The notes below the pieces were generated by a model that searched no databases, was not told the DNA's origin, and worked only from the letters and a program-made list of their open reading frames with translations. Shown in pieces: positions 12,620-23,317 of a stretch of DNA of 64,000 nt. Positions within the stretch are counted from its first letter, which is position 1; every line of letters starts with the position of its first letter. The position numbers were made by a program, and so were the translations under genes. Origin of the DNA: Vicugna vicugna (Eukaryota); the NCBI GenBank assembly GCA_013265495.1, contig MU062233.1, positions 6,478,554 to 6,542,553 on the forward strand, in the 5' to 3' direction.

Positions 12620-13340
12620 ACTTGAATCAGTATCTGCTTTCCCAAATTTACATTCACTGGTCCTAGTTATGCTCTCTACAATAGTCAAAAACAACAAGTC
12701 TAATTCTTCCTCCTTTTCCTAACTACCTTCAAATAAATTTTAGGAGACCACTGCCATGCCACTCTAAGTGTCCTCGTTTCTGGTTTAAACATTGCAGTTA
12801 CTTAAGCCATTCTGTATAACATGATTTCCAAATCCTTGACTCTCCTAGTTAACCTCTAGACACACTTAACTCTGTCAATGTCTGTCCTTAAATGCAATAC
12901 TAGAATTCTACAGAGCATTCTAAGCATGTTCTGACTAAATGACAGAGTCAATCCAGAAAACATAAGTCTCCTAATAAAGCCTACAAGCGAATTCTTAGCA
13001 ACCATGTGGTTCTTTTGGCTTATACTGAATTTATCGTCAACTAAAACTTTTTGGCCTTTTCACAGTCATCACATGTTTGACTGGCCTTCTACAATGAGAA
13101 CATGATTACAGGACTTCATGTTTATCTCTGTTAAATGTGATCTTGTTCATTTCAATACATTGTTCCAGTTCATCCAGCTTTTTTTGACCTTTCTGCCTCT
13201 GTTAATGGTGGGTCAGTAGCATCATCTTCATATTTGAAAGGCAAGACATCACTTCATTTACCCATTCAGTAAATGCATTTTAAGCATTCACAGTGTAGAA
13301 AGGATTGAATTTAGGACCATGAGGGTGCAGGGCCATTTAA
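12620..13340 (-). mobile_element. Ancient L3/CR1 LINE fragment
   Basis: caggacttcatgtttatctctgttaaatgtgatcttgtt resembles the recalled L3 text. Confidence 0.55.
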
Positions 13341-13679
13341 TCCACAAGCCCTGCTGTCAAGAACAGAAGACATTCATACATCGGTGTGAGCTAGAAAATT
13401 CTAAATACCATAAGAATCCTACAAGAAAGTTCTCTGAGGATTCATCAGCCCAAGAGATTACTACTGAGTAGCACGGAAGTCTTCGAGTGGAGGTGGGATT
13501 AATGCTGGACCCTCATGGATGAGTATAGGTATGTGCTAAAAAGGCTTTTAAGCAAAGGAATAGCAATAGTAATGGTAGTTCTTTCAGCAGATTGTCTCAA
13601 GGAGAGAGGCAGTCCAGCAGAGAACTATTGTGGCATTACTCTGAATAGTCTGTCTGGGGTGGAGCAAGACTGTGACGAA

Positions 13680-14060
13680 GGGCACTTCAGCAGGAAAGAA
13701 TGTTTCTAGCTAGATCTTGGAGAGCCAAAATGCACAACCAAGGAATATGGACTTTTTTTAGCAGTTAGTGGAGAGCCAGTGTATGTTTTGGACAGAAGGG
13801 GACATCAGAGTTGTAGATGAGAAAAATTAATCCACAAGGATGTGTTGCATGGAATGGAGTGAGGGAAAACTGAAGACAGGGATAGCCAAGGAAAGAACAC
13901 CAGGTTCTCCCAAGCCAAGGCAGGGTGCTGGCCATGGAGTAAAGATGAAAGGACAGGCACCATAAAAGTGGGATCACAGGACAAGGGTTTGGAAAGGAGC
14001 AGGGGAGTTGTAGAAACCTTGGTGACTGACCAGAGGATGCGGAAGGGAAAAATATGTGAA
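13680..14060 (-). mobile_element. L2 fragment
   Basis: Purine-rich L2 antisense text (aaggaatatggactttt...ggagagccagtg). Confidence 0.6.
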
Positions 14061-14146
14061 AGAATCGAATGAAATAGGAGTTGGTTCATCTTGGCTTTTT
14101 TTTTTTTTTAATTCTGTCACCTATAAAAAGCTATTCTAATTTACAC

Positions 14147-14357
14147 CAGAGTTTGTCAACAGCCACAATTTCACATTTGGGGCTAGATAATTCTTTGTGG
14201 GGACTGCTGTCCTGGGCATTGTAGGATGTTTAGCTGCCTCCCTAGCCTCTACCCACTGGATGCCAGTATCCCCCCACACAGTTGTCACAACCGGAATATC
14301 TCTAATCATTGCCAAACATCCAGTGGGGAGCAAAGTCGTCCCTGGTTAAGAGCCACC
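14147..14357 (-). mobile_element. MER20 (hAT-Charlie)
   Basis: ggcattgtaggatgtttagc..ccctagcctctacccactggatgccag is the reverse complement of the MER20 core. Confidence 0.85.
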
Positions 14358-14442
14358 AACCTCAACTGTTGACTTAGTCTTACTGTGGTACTCTTGAGCC
14401 TATTGGCTTCAGAAATAATGGATCTGTTTCATTCTTTTTAAG

Positions 14443-14555
14443 GTTAAGTCTTTTGAGAAGGAACGACAAACAGAGAAACGTGTGTTGGAGTCTGATCTTG
14501 TAGACCACGTTGTACAGAAACTGAGGACAAAAGTCAGTGATGAGAGGACTATCAG
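14443..14555 (+). CDS. EIF2AK4: EIF2AK4 coding exon (~33): VKSFEKERQTEKRVLESDLVDHVVQKLRTKVSDERTI(R)
   Basis: ctttttaag|GTT...ATCAG|gtaatt, 113 nt, ends in phase 2. Confidence 0.97.
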
Positions 14556-15115
14556 GTAATTTAGTGAACAAAAGCGCGGAAAACCAGTTGCAATTGCCTA
14601 TATAGAATTTCTGTACATTTATTTAGAAAGCCAATTTGATCCTTTTGGGAAATAAAGATGGGTCAGGATAATTTTTCGTGAACCATTCTATTGCTTATGA
14701 ATAACTCAGCAGTTAAAAGTATATGACCTCCTGTGTAAGACTAGTCATATCTTACTTTCAGTGTTTGTTCTTCATAACACGTCAGAGACTATATTATCAT
14801 TTTGAAAAGCCCAAGGAGCCAAATATGTCTGCCATTATCTTATTTGGTCTGTTAATCAGTGAATTTCAGTAGTGTTTTGTCAGTGGTTTTGAAATATCTT
14901 AACATTCTGAGAAATAATAATGTTCTGGGAAAAGAACTCACATACTTATTATGGGCATACAGATTGGTTCAACTCTGGATAGGATTTATCAAAGTTAAAA
15001 GCCTTGAAACTAAAACTTTAAAAATTGACCCACCAATTCCACTGTAGGAATTCATAATAAAAAGTATTCCATAGGGATATATACACAAAGATGTCTATGA
15101 AGGCACTGTTTATCA

Positions 15116-15595
15116 CAGCAGTTCTCAAACTTTTTGGTCTCAGAACCCCTTTATACGCTTAAAAATTATTTGAGGACCACAAAAGCTTTGTTTATGTGGA
15201 TTTTATCTGTCAATAATTTCTGTTAGAAATTAAAATGTGAACATTTAAAAAATATTTTAGATAATAATAAACCCATTACGTGCAAACCTAAATAACATTT
15301 TTAATAGAAAATAACTGTTTTCCAAAACAAAATAAATTTAGTCAGAAAGAGTGGCATTGTTCTACACTTTCATAATCTCTAATGCTTTAGAAGAAACTAT
15401 ATTGTCTTACCTGTTTCTGCATTCAGTCTGTTGTGATATATCACACGTCATGTAGTCTCTGGAAAATTCCATTACACGTTCATGAGAGGATGAAAATAAA
15501 AGGGATAATTAACGTTTTAGGATTATTGTGAAAATAGTTTCGACCTCACCGACACCCTGTGAAAGGATCTCAGGGACCTCCAGTCCTCACTTACA
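15116..15595 (+). mobile_element. hAT-Charlie1-like DNA transposon fragment nested in an L1ME remnant (about 14930-15960)
   Basis: cagcagttctcaaactttttggtctcagaacccctttatacgcttaaaaattatt is the terminal signature. Confidence 0.7.
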
Positions 15596-15972
15596 ATATC
15601 ACAAGATTCTTTTGTGAAATTTTCAAGTATATCACAGTACTCATTTTTAGAAAGTTGTTCAAATTATGGTAAATACAGTGAAACACTGTGCAGCCTTTAA
15701 AAATGATGATTCTAGTAAAGCTGAGTTAATTACAAGGATGTGTGTCCACAAATAAGATGTATGATATGATCCCATTTTTGTTTCAACCAAAATATATAGC
15801 CCATGCATAGAAAAATGTCTGGTATAATGTACCAAATTTTTAATTATAGTTATTTCTGGTTAGTGTGATTTACAAGGGATCTTAATTTTCTTTAAGCTTT
15901 TCCATATATTTGGAACTCATATATATGCTCATAATCAGAAAGTACAATACTCCACTTTTTTTGGCTTTACAT

Positions 15973-16199
15973 CAGCGATTCTCAGTCAGCAGCGGTTTTG
16001 CCCTCTAGGGGACATTTGGCATGTTTGCATGCAGACATTTTTGGTTGTTACAATTGGAGGTACTACGAGTATCTATTAGAGACCAGGGATGCTGTTAAAC
16101 ATCCAGTAGTGCACAAAACTGACCTCCCTCACCCGCTCCCTGCAAAACAAAGATTTATCTGGCCCAAAATGTTGATAGTGCCAAGACTGAGAAATCCTG
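15973..16199 (+). mobile_element. MER20 (hAT-Charlie)
   Basis: cagcgattctca...ggggacatttggca...gagaccagggatgctgttaaacatcc...tgagaaatcctg, both termini present. Confidence 0.85.
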
Positions 16200-17036
16200 G
16201 CTTGTATTAAAAATAAAAGTTCTTGCTTTTTTCTCCTTACCCAGCCGCTGCCACTGCCCATCTGCACCTAGCTTGACTAAATTCACTTTCAGCCTTTTTC
16301 TAAGGGAATATAATGTTCTCGAAGTCACCAGGTATTAGGATTAAGGATCCAAATCAAAAGCAGAGGTGTAGAAGAGAAAACAAATTATAGAAAACAATTT
16401 ATTAAGAGGGACCATTAGTAATAGTATAGGCAAACATTATTAGACACTTAAAAGGCCAGATGGGATTTGGTTTTAGCAGGAAGAGGTTTAAAATCTTTCT
16501 TCCATGTGAATGATTATTTCCCTCTTCCCAAGATAGAGTGCCATTGTGTCTCTCAAAGGCTATAAATTAATTCAGTCTTTGAAAGAACATCCATTCACAG
16601 CTTTTGAAAGAATCTCATTTACTAAGTGTTCTCCTGTGGGTGGTCACCAAGGTTGCTGCCATAATGAAGGTGGGGCACTGCTAATGTTTCCTTGTCTTGT
16701 GCGGGGAGCAGAAAGAACACCCATTATATTTCATTGAAATTAGCTTCTTATGTTGAGCCAGTATTTAAGACCCAACTGAATAAGTCAGAATGTTGTCCTT
16801 AGAATGTTAATTTGAAATGACATCCTTTTAAATTTTTGTTTGCTCTTAACCAAAAGCATAATTAAGTGCAAATTTTTTTTCTCCACTAATAAGTATTTAT
16901 TAAATAATAAAAAAGTATTTATTAAATACTTTTAATAGAAAAAAAGCCTCCAAGTATATAGCTCACTATAAATTACCTGTGTTGCTTTTGTCTTCTTGAC
17001 TGTTTATTCTAATTGTTTTTGTTTGCTTGTTTTTAG

Positions 17037-17095
17037 AGAAGCTTCCGATAATCTTGCAGTACAAAATCTGAAGGGGTCATTTTCTAATGCTTCAG
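17037..17095 (+). CDS. EIF2AK4: EIF2AK4 coding exon (~34): (R)EASDNLAVQNLKGSFSNAS(G)
   Basis: gtttttag|AGAAGC...TCAG|gtataa, 59 nt, phase 2/1. Confidence 0.96.
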
Positions 17096-17973
17096 GTATA
17101 ATTACTAATTGTAATCTAAACTTAATAATGTTTCTGTGTGTGTTTGCTCTAAGCACTTAGGACTACGGCTAACTCACTACATCAGAAATACACTTTTAAG
17201 GTAACATATATACGATTAATTATACCAAATGGAACTTACCCCTATGCTTTGAAACCCAAATCCTAGAAAATGATAAAACCACTGGGAGTTTGGTGACTCT
17301 TTTTGAGCCTGATATATCTCTGTCTACTGTCTTACTTTTACAAGTAGTTTAATCCTCCTTCAATTCAGTTTATTGTATAGATCAAATGTGGATAAATTTT
17401 CCCCACACAGAAGACTGAAGAAAAGGATTTTGAAATGCCTTGCAGAAAGACACTATATATACCTTTGTTTTCATGACAGCCAAGAGGGGACGGTGGTGAT
17501 AGTTACACCTTTAGTCTCACCACCTCCGTCATCGCGACTGAAAAAGAATGTCCCAGTGGAGTCCATGAGAAGACGTTTGGCTTTTAACAGAAGTGGGTCT
17601 TTTGGGGTTCATTTCTGTTAGCACTGACTTTCTTCTACCATCAGATTTCAAATACGTGAGGAACTTTAATTAGAGCTTGGGAGGCATTAAGTTTGATTTT
17701 TCTTCTTGGGTTCATGAGGTTTGACCCACGTTGCCTCCCTATGCCTTTGTCAGCTGCCACCTGAGGAGAGAAGGCTGGTGATCTTGACAGAAGCATCAAA
17801 ACCATTGGGGTGGGGTTCTGGGCTCCTGCTCAAGTGCAGAGATAGGAAACAAGGCCCAGACATAATCCACAGGATCACCCCTGAGGGGATTCTCATCATC
17901 TCTGCCATCTCTGTGGTGTGTTGTAGAAAGTAGGGCCAGATAAGGCCATAATTTTTAAAACTCTTCGTTTCAG

Positions 17974-18071
17974 GTTTGTTTGAAGTCCATGGAGCAACAG
18001 TTGTTCCCATTGTGAGTGTGATGGCCCCAGAGAAGCTGTCCGCCAGCACTAGGAGGCGGTATGAAACTCAG
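17974..18071 (+). CDS. EIF2AK4: EIF2AK4 coding exon (~35): (G)LFEVHGATVVPIVSVMAPEKLSASTRRRYETQ
   Basis: cgtttcag|GTTTG...CAG|gtacat, 98 nt, phase 1/0. Confidence 0.97.
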
Positions 18072-18409
18072 GTACATGGTCAGTTTCCTGGGCTCTCTAA
18101 TGTGAGCTGCAAAGGAGGAAGAAAACGAGAAAGGAAAAGAAAGTTTCCTGGAAATGCTTTTCTTCCCTCTTCCCAAAGTTGGTGGCTGGAGAAAATTTCA
18201 CCAACACAGAGGACCTCTGGGGCCAGGATCCTGTGCCATTTGTCCTCCAATGGCATCAGTGTACACTGGGCCCTAGAAGCAGCCATTATCACAATTACTG
18301 GATCTAAACAAAAACTTCCTGATCTGGGTCTAATAGCAAATGGGATTTGTTTTTGTTGTAAACAACAGAGCAGAAGAGATCTGTCTACAAAACTTGAGGC
18401 AGGTTTCTC

Positions 18410-18800
18410 ACTGCTGCTTACATGTTTTTGGTATCTGCTGTGTGCCTGATTCTGTGCTAAGTGCCAGGTGAGACAGAAAAGGTATGGCATGGCCTGAGTC
18501 CTTGAAGAGTTTATAACCTTAGAAGCACACGCATTATATAGCTGGAGAACAATAGAAGGAATAAGTAATATTCCTTATAGCTAAGTAATAAGATGCTGAA
18601 TTAAACTGAATGCATGTTAGAGTATGCTGCAGCCATAGGGGAGAGACAGATCAATGTTGGCAAGGATGATCAAGAAAGGCTTTGTGGAGGTGATCCCTGA
18701 AGGAGGGACAGTAGGACGGGCAGTACAGACAAGGCTAATGAGCACAGTCAGGACACTTGTGTCACTTAGGAACTGGTGAGGGTTAGAGAGCGTCATTATT
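18410..18800 (-). mobile_element. L2 3' fragment
   Basis: tgctgtgtgcctgattctgtgctaagtgcc...aaggctttgtggaggtga. Confidence 0.6.
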
Positions 18801-18994
18801 CAGAAATGGAATTAGATTGAAATACAAAAGGTCAAGTTGCCTCATTTTGTAAGCTTTCCTGGCTATTTCTCAGGATGTTGGGTGAAAACTCATTTTTTCC
18901 TTTCTATCATATTTCAGTTCCATGTTCTCATTGCTGTCACCTTCCCCCTTTTCTAAGTTTAGCTTAATGCTAAAATCTTTTACATGCATTTTTT

Positions 18995-19252
18995 GTATAT
19001 ATATTTTAACTGAAGTATAGTCAGTTTATAATGTGTGTCCATTTCTGGTGTACAGCATAATGCTTCAGTCTTACATGAACATACATATATTCGTTTTCAT
19101 ATTCTTTTTCACTATTTTAAGTTACTATAAGATATTGAGTGTAGTTCCCTGTCCTATACAGTATAATATTGTTGTTTATTATATATTAATATCTGCAAAT
19201 CTTGAACTCCCAATTTATCTCTTCCTACCCCCTTACCCTCCTGGTAACCATC
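18995..19252 (-). mobile_element. 5'-truncated lineage-specific L1 3' tail with 14-bp TSD
   Basis: TSD tacatgcatttttt at 18981-18994 and 19253-19266. Body aactgaagtatagtcagtttataatgtg...ggtgtacagcataat. Confidence 0.85.
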
Positions 19253-19567
19253 TACATGCATTTTTTTTTAATAGGACTGAGCTTTTATTAGGTGTCATTT
19301 CAAAATTATTGAGAAATAAGCAACTGGGTGGATTATTAAACAAATAATCGAGATAGGCTATAAAATCTCATTTCCTTAGAGATCATGATACACTAGACAC
19401 TCATCTTTCCAAGGTGGATTAAGAGCAAGTCCTTAGGTAATATTTGGGATCCCTCCTAGACTTTGGTTTGCCACCCATGATTGTTTTCTGAAATGGGAAA
19501 TGAACTATCGAGAAAGATGGCTCAGTTTGACAGGTTCTGAATTCTGACACGCTTTCTTCCCTATTAG

Positions 19568-19636
19568 GTACAAACCCGACTTCAGACCTCTCTTGCCAAC
19601 TTACATCAGAAGAGCAGTGAAATTGAAATTTTGGCT
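19568..19636 (+). CDS. EIF2AK4: EIF2AK4 coding exon (~36): VQTRLQTSLANLHQKSSEIEILA
   Basis: ccctattag|GTA...GCT|gtaagt, 69 nt. Confidence 0.97.
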
Positions 19637-20106
19637 GTAAGTCACTTTAACATTTTGAGAATGGCTTCTGTCCGTACATAACTGTCAAAGCAGTTTCCGC
19701 AGTGGTCAGGCCGTTTTTTTTCTTCAATGTCAGCAGCACTGAGATGCAGGCCTGTTACCACTGTGATGAATTACATAATCTAAATCCGTAAAGAACTGGG
19801 GAGAAAATAGGTTTTGTATTTGTTTCTCCCACTTTCTCTGATAGATGGGGTTCGGAGGAGTGAAAATGAAAAGCACCATTTTTCTAAATGTTTCCGGCCT
19901 TTGCTGGTAGCAGTGTCAAAACTTCGGGGTGTCGTGGGCTTGGAGTATTAGTTCACCAGTGCTGAGGTCTTAGCGCTGTCCGGCTTGGTAAGGCTGCTTA
20001 ACAGCACAGGAGCATCCCCTTCATGTCGCTCCATCCAAAGTGACACCACAGCCACAAGTCTGCCCAGGTTCCCTGTCGTATGACATATGTTTGTGTGTGT
20101 CAACAG

Positions 20107-20151
20107 GTGGATCTACCCAAAGAAACAATCTTACAGTTTTTATCATTAGAG
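20107..20151 (+). CDS. EIF2AK4: EIF2AK4 coding exon (~37): VDLPKETILQFLSLE
   Basis: gtcaacag|GTG...GAG|gtaagc, 45 nt. Confidence 0.97.
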
Positions 20152-20382
20152 GTAAGCAAGATGAACTCTTCTGCATTATGGCCTTTAACATCCCAAAGCT
20201 TTGCTGTTGATTTGCCAAAAGAAAATGGAAAGTGGCTTTATTTTCCTAGTGATAATTAAGTATTTTTCTGGCAGTTCCAGGAATTTACTAATATCATTCC
20301 TTTTACGTGACATATTATTACTAAATCAGATTTTGAAGGAATCATACTTTTCTAGTGACATTCTTTTAAGTTTCAGGTGCCT

Positions 20383-20655
20383 TTATTTTAACACTTAGTG
20401 CTTTTACTGTGTGTCAGGCTCTGGCAGGCCTTGTTCTAAGCATTTTACAAATATTAACTCATTTAATCATAACAACCCCAAGAGATATGTACTGTTAGCC
20501 TTTTTTACAGATAAACAGAATCATTTTACGTCTTATGGAGAACAGAAGCAGAGAGGCTAAATGTCTTACTCAGAGCTAGTAAGTTGCAGAGACAGGATTT
20601 GAACCTAGGCAGACTAGAGGGATCTATATTGTTAACCGCTGAACTACGCTGCTTC
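20383..20655 (-). mobile_element. MIR, near full length
   Basis: tgtgtcaggc...gttctaagcattttacaaatattaactcatttaatc...ggatttgaacctaggcagact. Confidence 0.8.
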
Positions 20656-21456
20656 GAACAAACCTTTATTCCAACTAGGGAAGCTCATTTGCAGAACTAG
20701 AACAATACGGAAGATCTTTTTGTAAAAATTAAATGAATTTAGGTCCTATTTTATATGCTTTTTAAAAAATGGGTACATACCCTTATCAAATAGCCTAATT
20801 GAACTTTAAAATTTTTTAATACCTTTGCTGTATGTTTAACTATAAGAATGGCCACAGATGATTTTTGCAACATGTCATATCAAAGAATACTTTTGTTTCT
20901 CCAATGTTTAGTCACAGATTAAGTTAGATGACAAATGAACTTTGCCCCAGAACTAACATTTAATACATTTTCTATTCTTTTCTTTAAAGGTCATACTCCA
21001 TTTATATAAAATACTGGCTGTATTCTCTGTGCTGTATAGCATATCCTCGTAGCTTATTTTACAAGCTAACTTCCCCTTCCCCCTACTGGTCATGTTGCCC
21101 TGTAAGCAAGCACATAGCACTATGCACTATCCTGGCAGCTCACTGCTTTGTGAGCCACTCAGATGCGTGTACAGCAGAGGTGGTATCTCCATTTCACACA
21201 AAGTAAACAGTTGGCATAAATAACTCATATAAAGTCCCATGAGCACACGGGGGTTGCAGCGCTGTTAACCAGGATCTGTAAGGTAGTCTTATAAAGAAAC
21301 TCGATGCTGCAAAGGAAAGAACCCCAGCAGTCTCCCCACTAGTTCTCTCCCTATCACTGATTTCTTCACTGTATTTACGGGGGGGAATGACACTGAGTTT
21401 TCATTAGTGACCCTGAAAAAGCCAGTTAATACACTCTACTACCTGTTAAGTCTTAG

Positions 21457-21612
21457 NNNNNNNNNNNNNNNNNNNNNNNNNNNNNNNNNNNNNNNNNNNN
21501 NNNNNNNNNNNNNNNNNNNNNNNNNNNNNNNNNNNNNNNNNNNNNNNNNNNNNNNNNNNNNNNNNNNNNNNNNNNNNNNNNNNNNNNNNNNNNNNNNNNN
21601 NNNNNNNNNNNN
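21457..21612. other. Assembly gap (156 N), probably hiding the penultimate EIF2AK4 coding exon
   Basis: N run lies between the exons at 20107-20151 and 22170-22227, and the required WDADEQ...VEKK exon is not found elsewhere. Confidence 0.85.
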
Positions 21613-22169
21613 TCAGGTTTTAACATGGGTTAAAACTCAAGGAGGGTTTTTGGGGGGGGGTTCTTGTTTTTGTTATTGAAGGAGGGGTTTTAAAGTGACA
21701 CATATTTTGTCTTGTGGTTAGATGGTTAATAAGCTGCTATGTGAGAACTACAATTGGTAACCCGTAAATATTCCCCAGGACTGTGACTTACAGTCATGAT
21801 CTTGTCAATAACAAAACACAGTGGTCCCAGTAGCAGCTATCCCAGTCATAATGGGAATCACCCAGGTAACTCCTAGCAATGTTTATATGAAAGAAAACAA
21901 GTGTGACTAATTTGCTTTCTGTCCTTTTGTCAAATGCCAGTTGTTCATGTCGTCATCCGCTTAAAAGGCAACAGCAAAACCTGTGGGGCAAGTGGTGGGC
22001 TCCTTATGTAGACCCTTATACTGTGGACCCTTGCCAGTCACAGCTTCTGTAAAACAATGTAGTTTTTCAGTGACTAGATTTTGTTTTTGATTAAGCAAAA
22101 ACCTCCTACGGTTAAGTCTTCTCAAAACAATTTATCAACCCCTTATCCTGTCTTTTCCTTCTTTTGCAG

Positions 22170-22227
22170 GGTGTCTGTACTATTTCTGTATAGCTACAGA
22201 GATGACTACTACAGAATCTTATTTTAA
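22170..22227 (+). CDS. EIF2AK4: EIF2AK4 last coding exon: (K)VSVLFLYSYRDDYYRILF*
   Basis: Strong acceptor tcttttccttcttttgcag|G GTG; stop TAA at 22225-22227; recognisable GCN2 C-terminus. Needs a preceding exon ending in phase 2, which is not in the called bases. Confidence 0.97.
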
Positions 22228-22388
22228 TCCTAAAGAACCATCATTACACTGTTCAGACAGGAGCTTATACTATAAAATATTGTACATTCATTGTAATTTT
22301 AAATTAACTTTACAGTCTAAGAAGCTGTCCTACAAAGTTGAGCTTTGTAAGTTTTCCATGTGTAATATATTATACATTTGTCTTTTTG

Positions 22389-22396
22389 AATATAAA
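22389..22396 (+). terminator. Candidate non-canonical EIF2AK4 poly(A) signal (AATATA/TATAAA)
   Basis: gAATATAAAaaaa followed by a U/GU-rich tract. The first canonical + strand AATAAA after the stop is at 22842-22847. Confidence 0.4.
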
Positions 22397-22574
22397 AAAA
22401 TGTTTTCATATATTTGCTGTTTTTTAATTGCAAATCTATTAGAACTAAAGGTTTTGTGGAGCTAGAACAGGAGAAATCAGCCTTGTTCCTCTCTTAGCCT
22501 TACTTGAGTAAGCACATAAAAATGTCCAAAGTAAAGGGCATAAAGAAATCAAATATTGTTAACAACTTGGAATC

Positions 22575-22580
22575 TTTATT
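22575..22580 (-). terminator. Distal SRP14 poly(A) signal AATAAA
   Basis: TTTATT on +, about 575 nt past the SRP14 stop; the only canonical hexamer on - in the inter-stop interval. Confidence 0.55.
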
Positions 22581-22873
22581 CTTGATTTTGTCATAAGCTT
22601 ATTTTAAGTTTAGTTAAGGAAACTCATTTGGCTATGAGAACTCATTCAAATTTTCTAAGGGAACTATGATGATACAATTAGACAGCTAGTTAAGGAAAAT
22701 ATCCATGAAACAACACAACTTTTTATAAAATTGTCAGGTTTCAATTCTAGTAACCCATGAGATAGGGCTTAGAGCCTCTTCGTAATTACATCATTCCAGA
22801 ATTAGTAACTATTGTCACAAACTTTATGGGGAGGGAAAAGGAATAAAAGATGGTCAGTGCTGATAAATACAGG

Positions 22874-22879
22874 TTTAAT
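22874..22879 (-). terminator. Proximal SRP14 poly(A) signal ATTAAA
   Basis: TTTAAT on +, about 275 nt past the SRP14 stop. Confidence 0.5.
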
Positions 22880-23153
22880 GATATAGTGCTCTTCATAGGT
22901 GGCTACAGAGACTTTAAACTATAATCCAAGAATATACAACCATGCAACACAGACCACTTAGCCAGCTCTAAAATAGACTGGTTTCTTAAACTACCGTGTA
23001 AACACTGCAGCTCTTCTTCCATCCAAAGATGACCCTAATCTCACGTGACAGGTTATTATATGGGAATCAGAAACCCAGCTTTGTGGCCAAAAGTAAAACC
23101 AAAAGAACAGCATTTAAGTGGTTAGTTGGTGAAAGCAGGAAGTCTGGGTCCCT

Positions 23154-23243
23154 TCACTGTGCTGCTTTGCTCTTCTTGCTCTTGCTCTTTCTGTCCCTCT
23201 TCTTCAGCCCATCCATGTTAGCTCTCAGTAGGTTTGAATAAGC
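23154..23243 (-). CDS. SRP14: SRP14 exon 5 coding part: AYSNLLRANMDGLKKRDRKSKSKKSKAAQ*
   Basis: Recognisable SRP14 C-terminus with basic KRDRK (res 96-100), stop TGA. No acceptor directly upstream, because it is fused to a cDNA-like copy of exons 3-4. Confidence 0.93.
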   Translation of the reverse strand, partial: AYSNLLRANMDGLKKRDRKSKSKKSKAAQ

Positions 23244-23317
23244 CATCTGAAACTTATTCACTTCTTTGGAGCTCACCACGGTGCTGATCTTCTTCTTCCC
23301 ATCAGTAGCTCTTAACA
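23244..23317 (-). pseudogene. SRP14: Intronless copy of the SRP14 exon 3 3' end (41 nt) plus all of exon 4 (33 nt), fused to exon 5
   Basis: 23277-23317 is identical to 25002-25042 and 23244-23276 is identical to 23810-23842. They are joined exactly at the mRNA splice junctions. Confidence 0.9.

Noticed and set aside
17489-17530. Short imperfect hairpin in an EIF2AK4 intron
   Set aside because: About 11 bp with a bulge and no snoRNA or miRNA features; expected by chance.
17976-18449. 157-aa ORF extending the EIF2AK4 exon into the intron
   Set aside because: A normal donor exists at 18072, and the extension runs into low-information sequence and an L2. The ORFs at 4648-4956 and 7167-7487 are likewise exon plus flanking intron.
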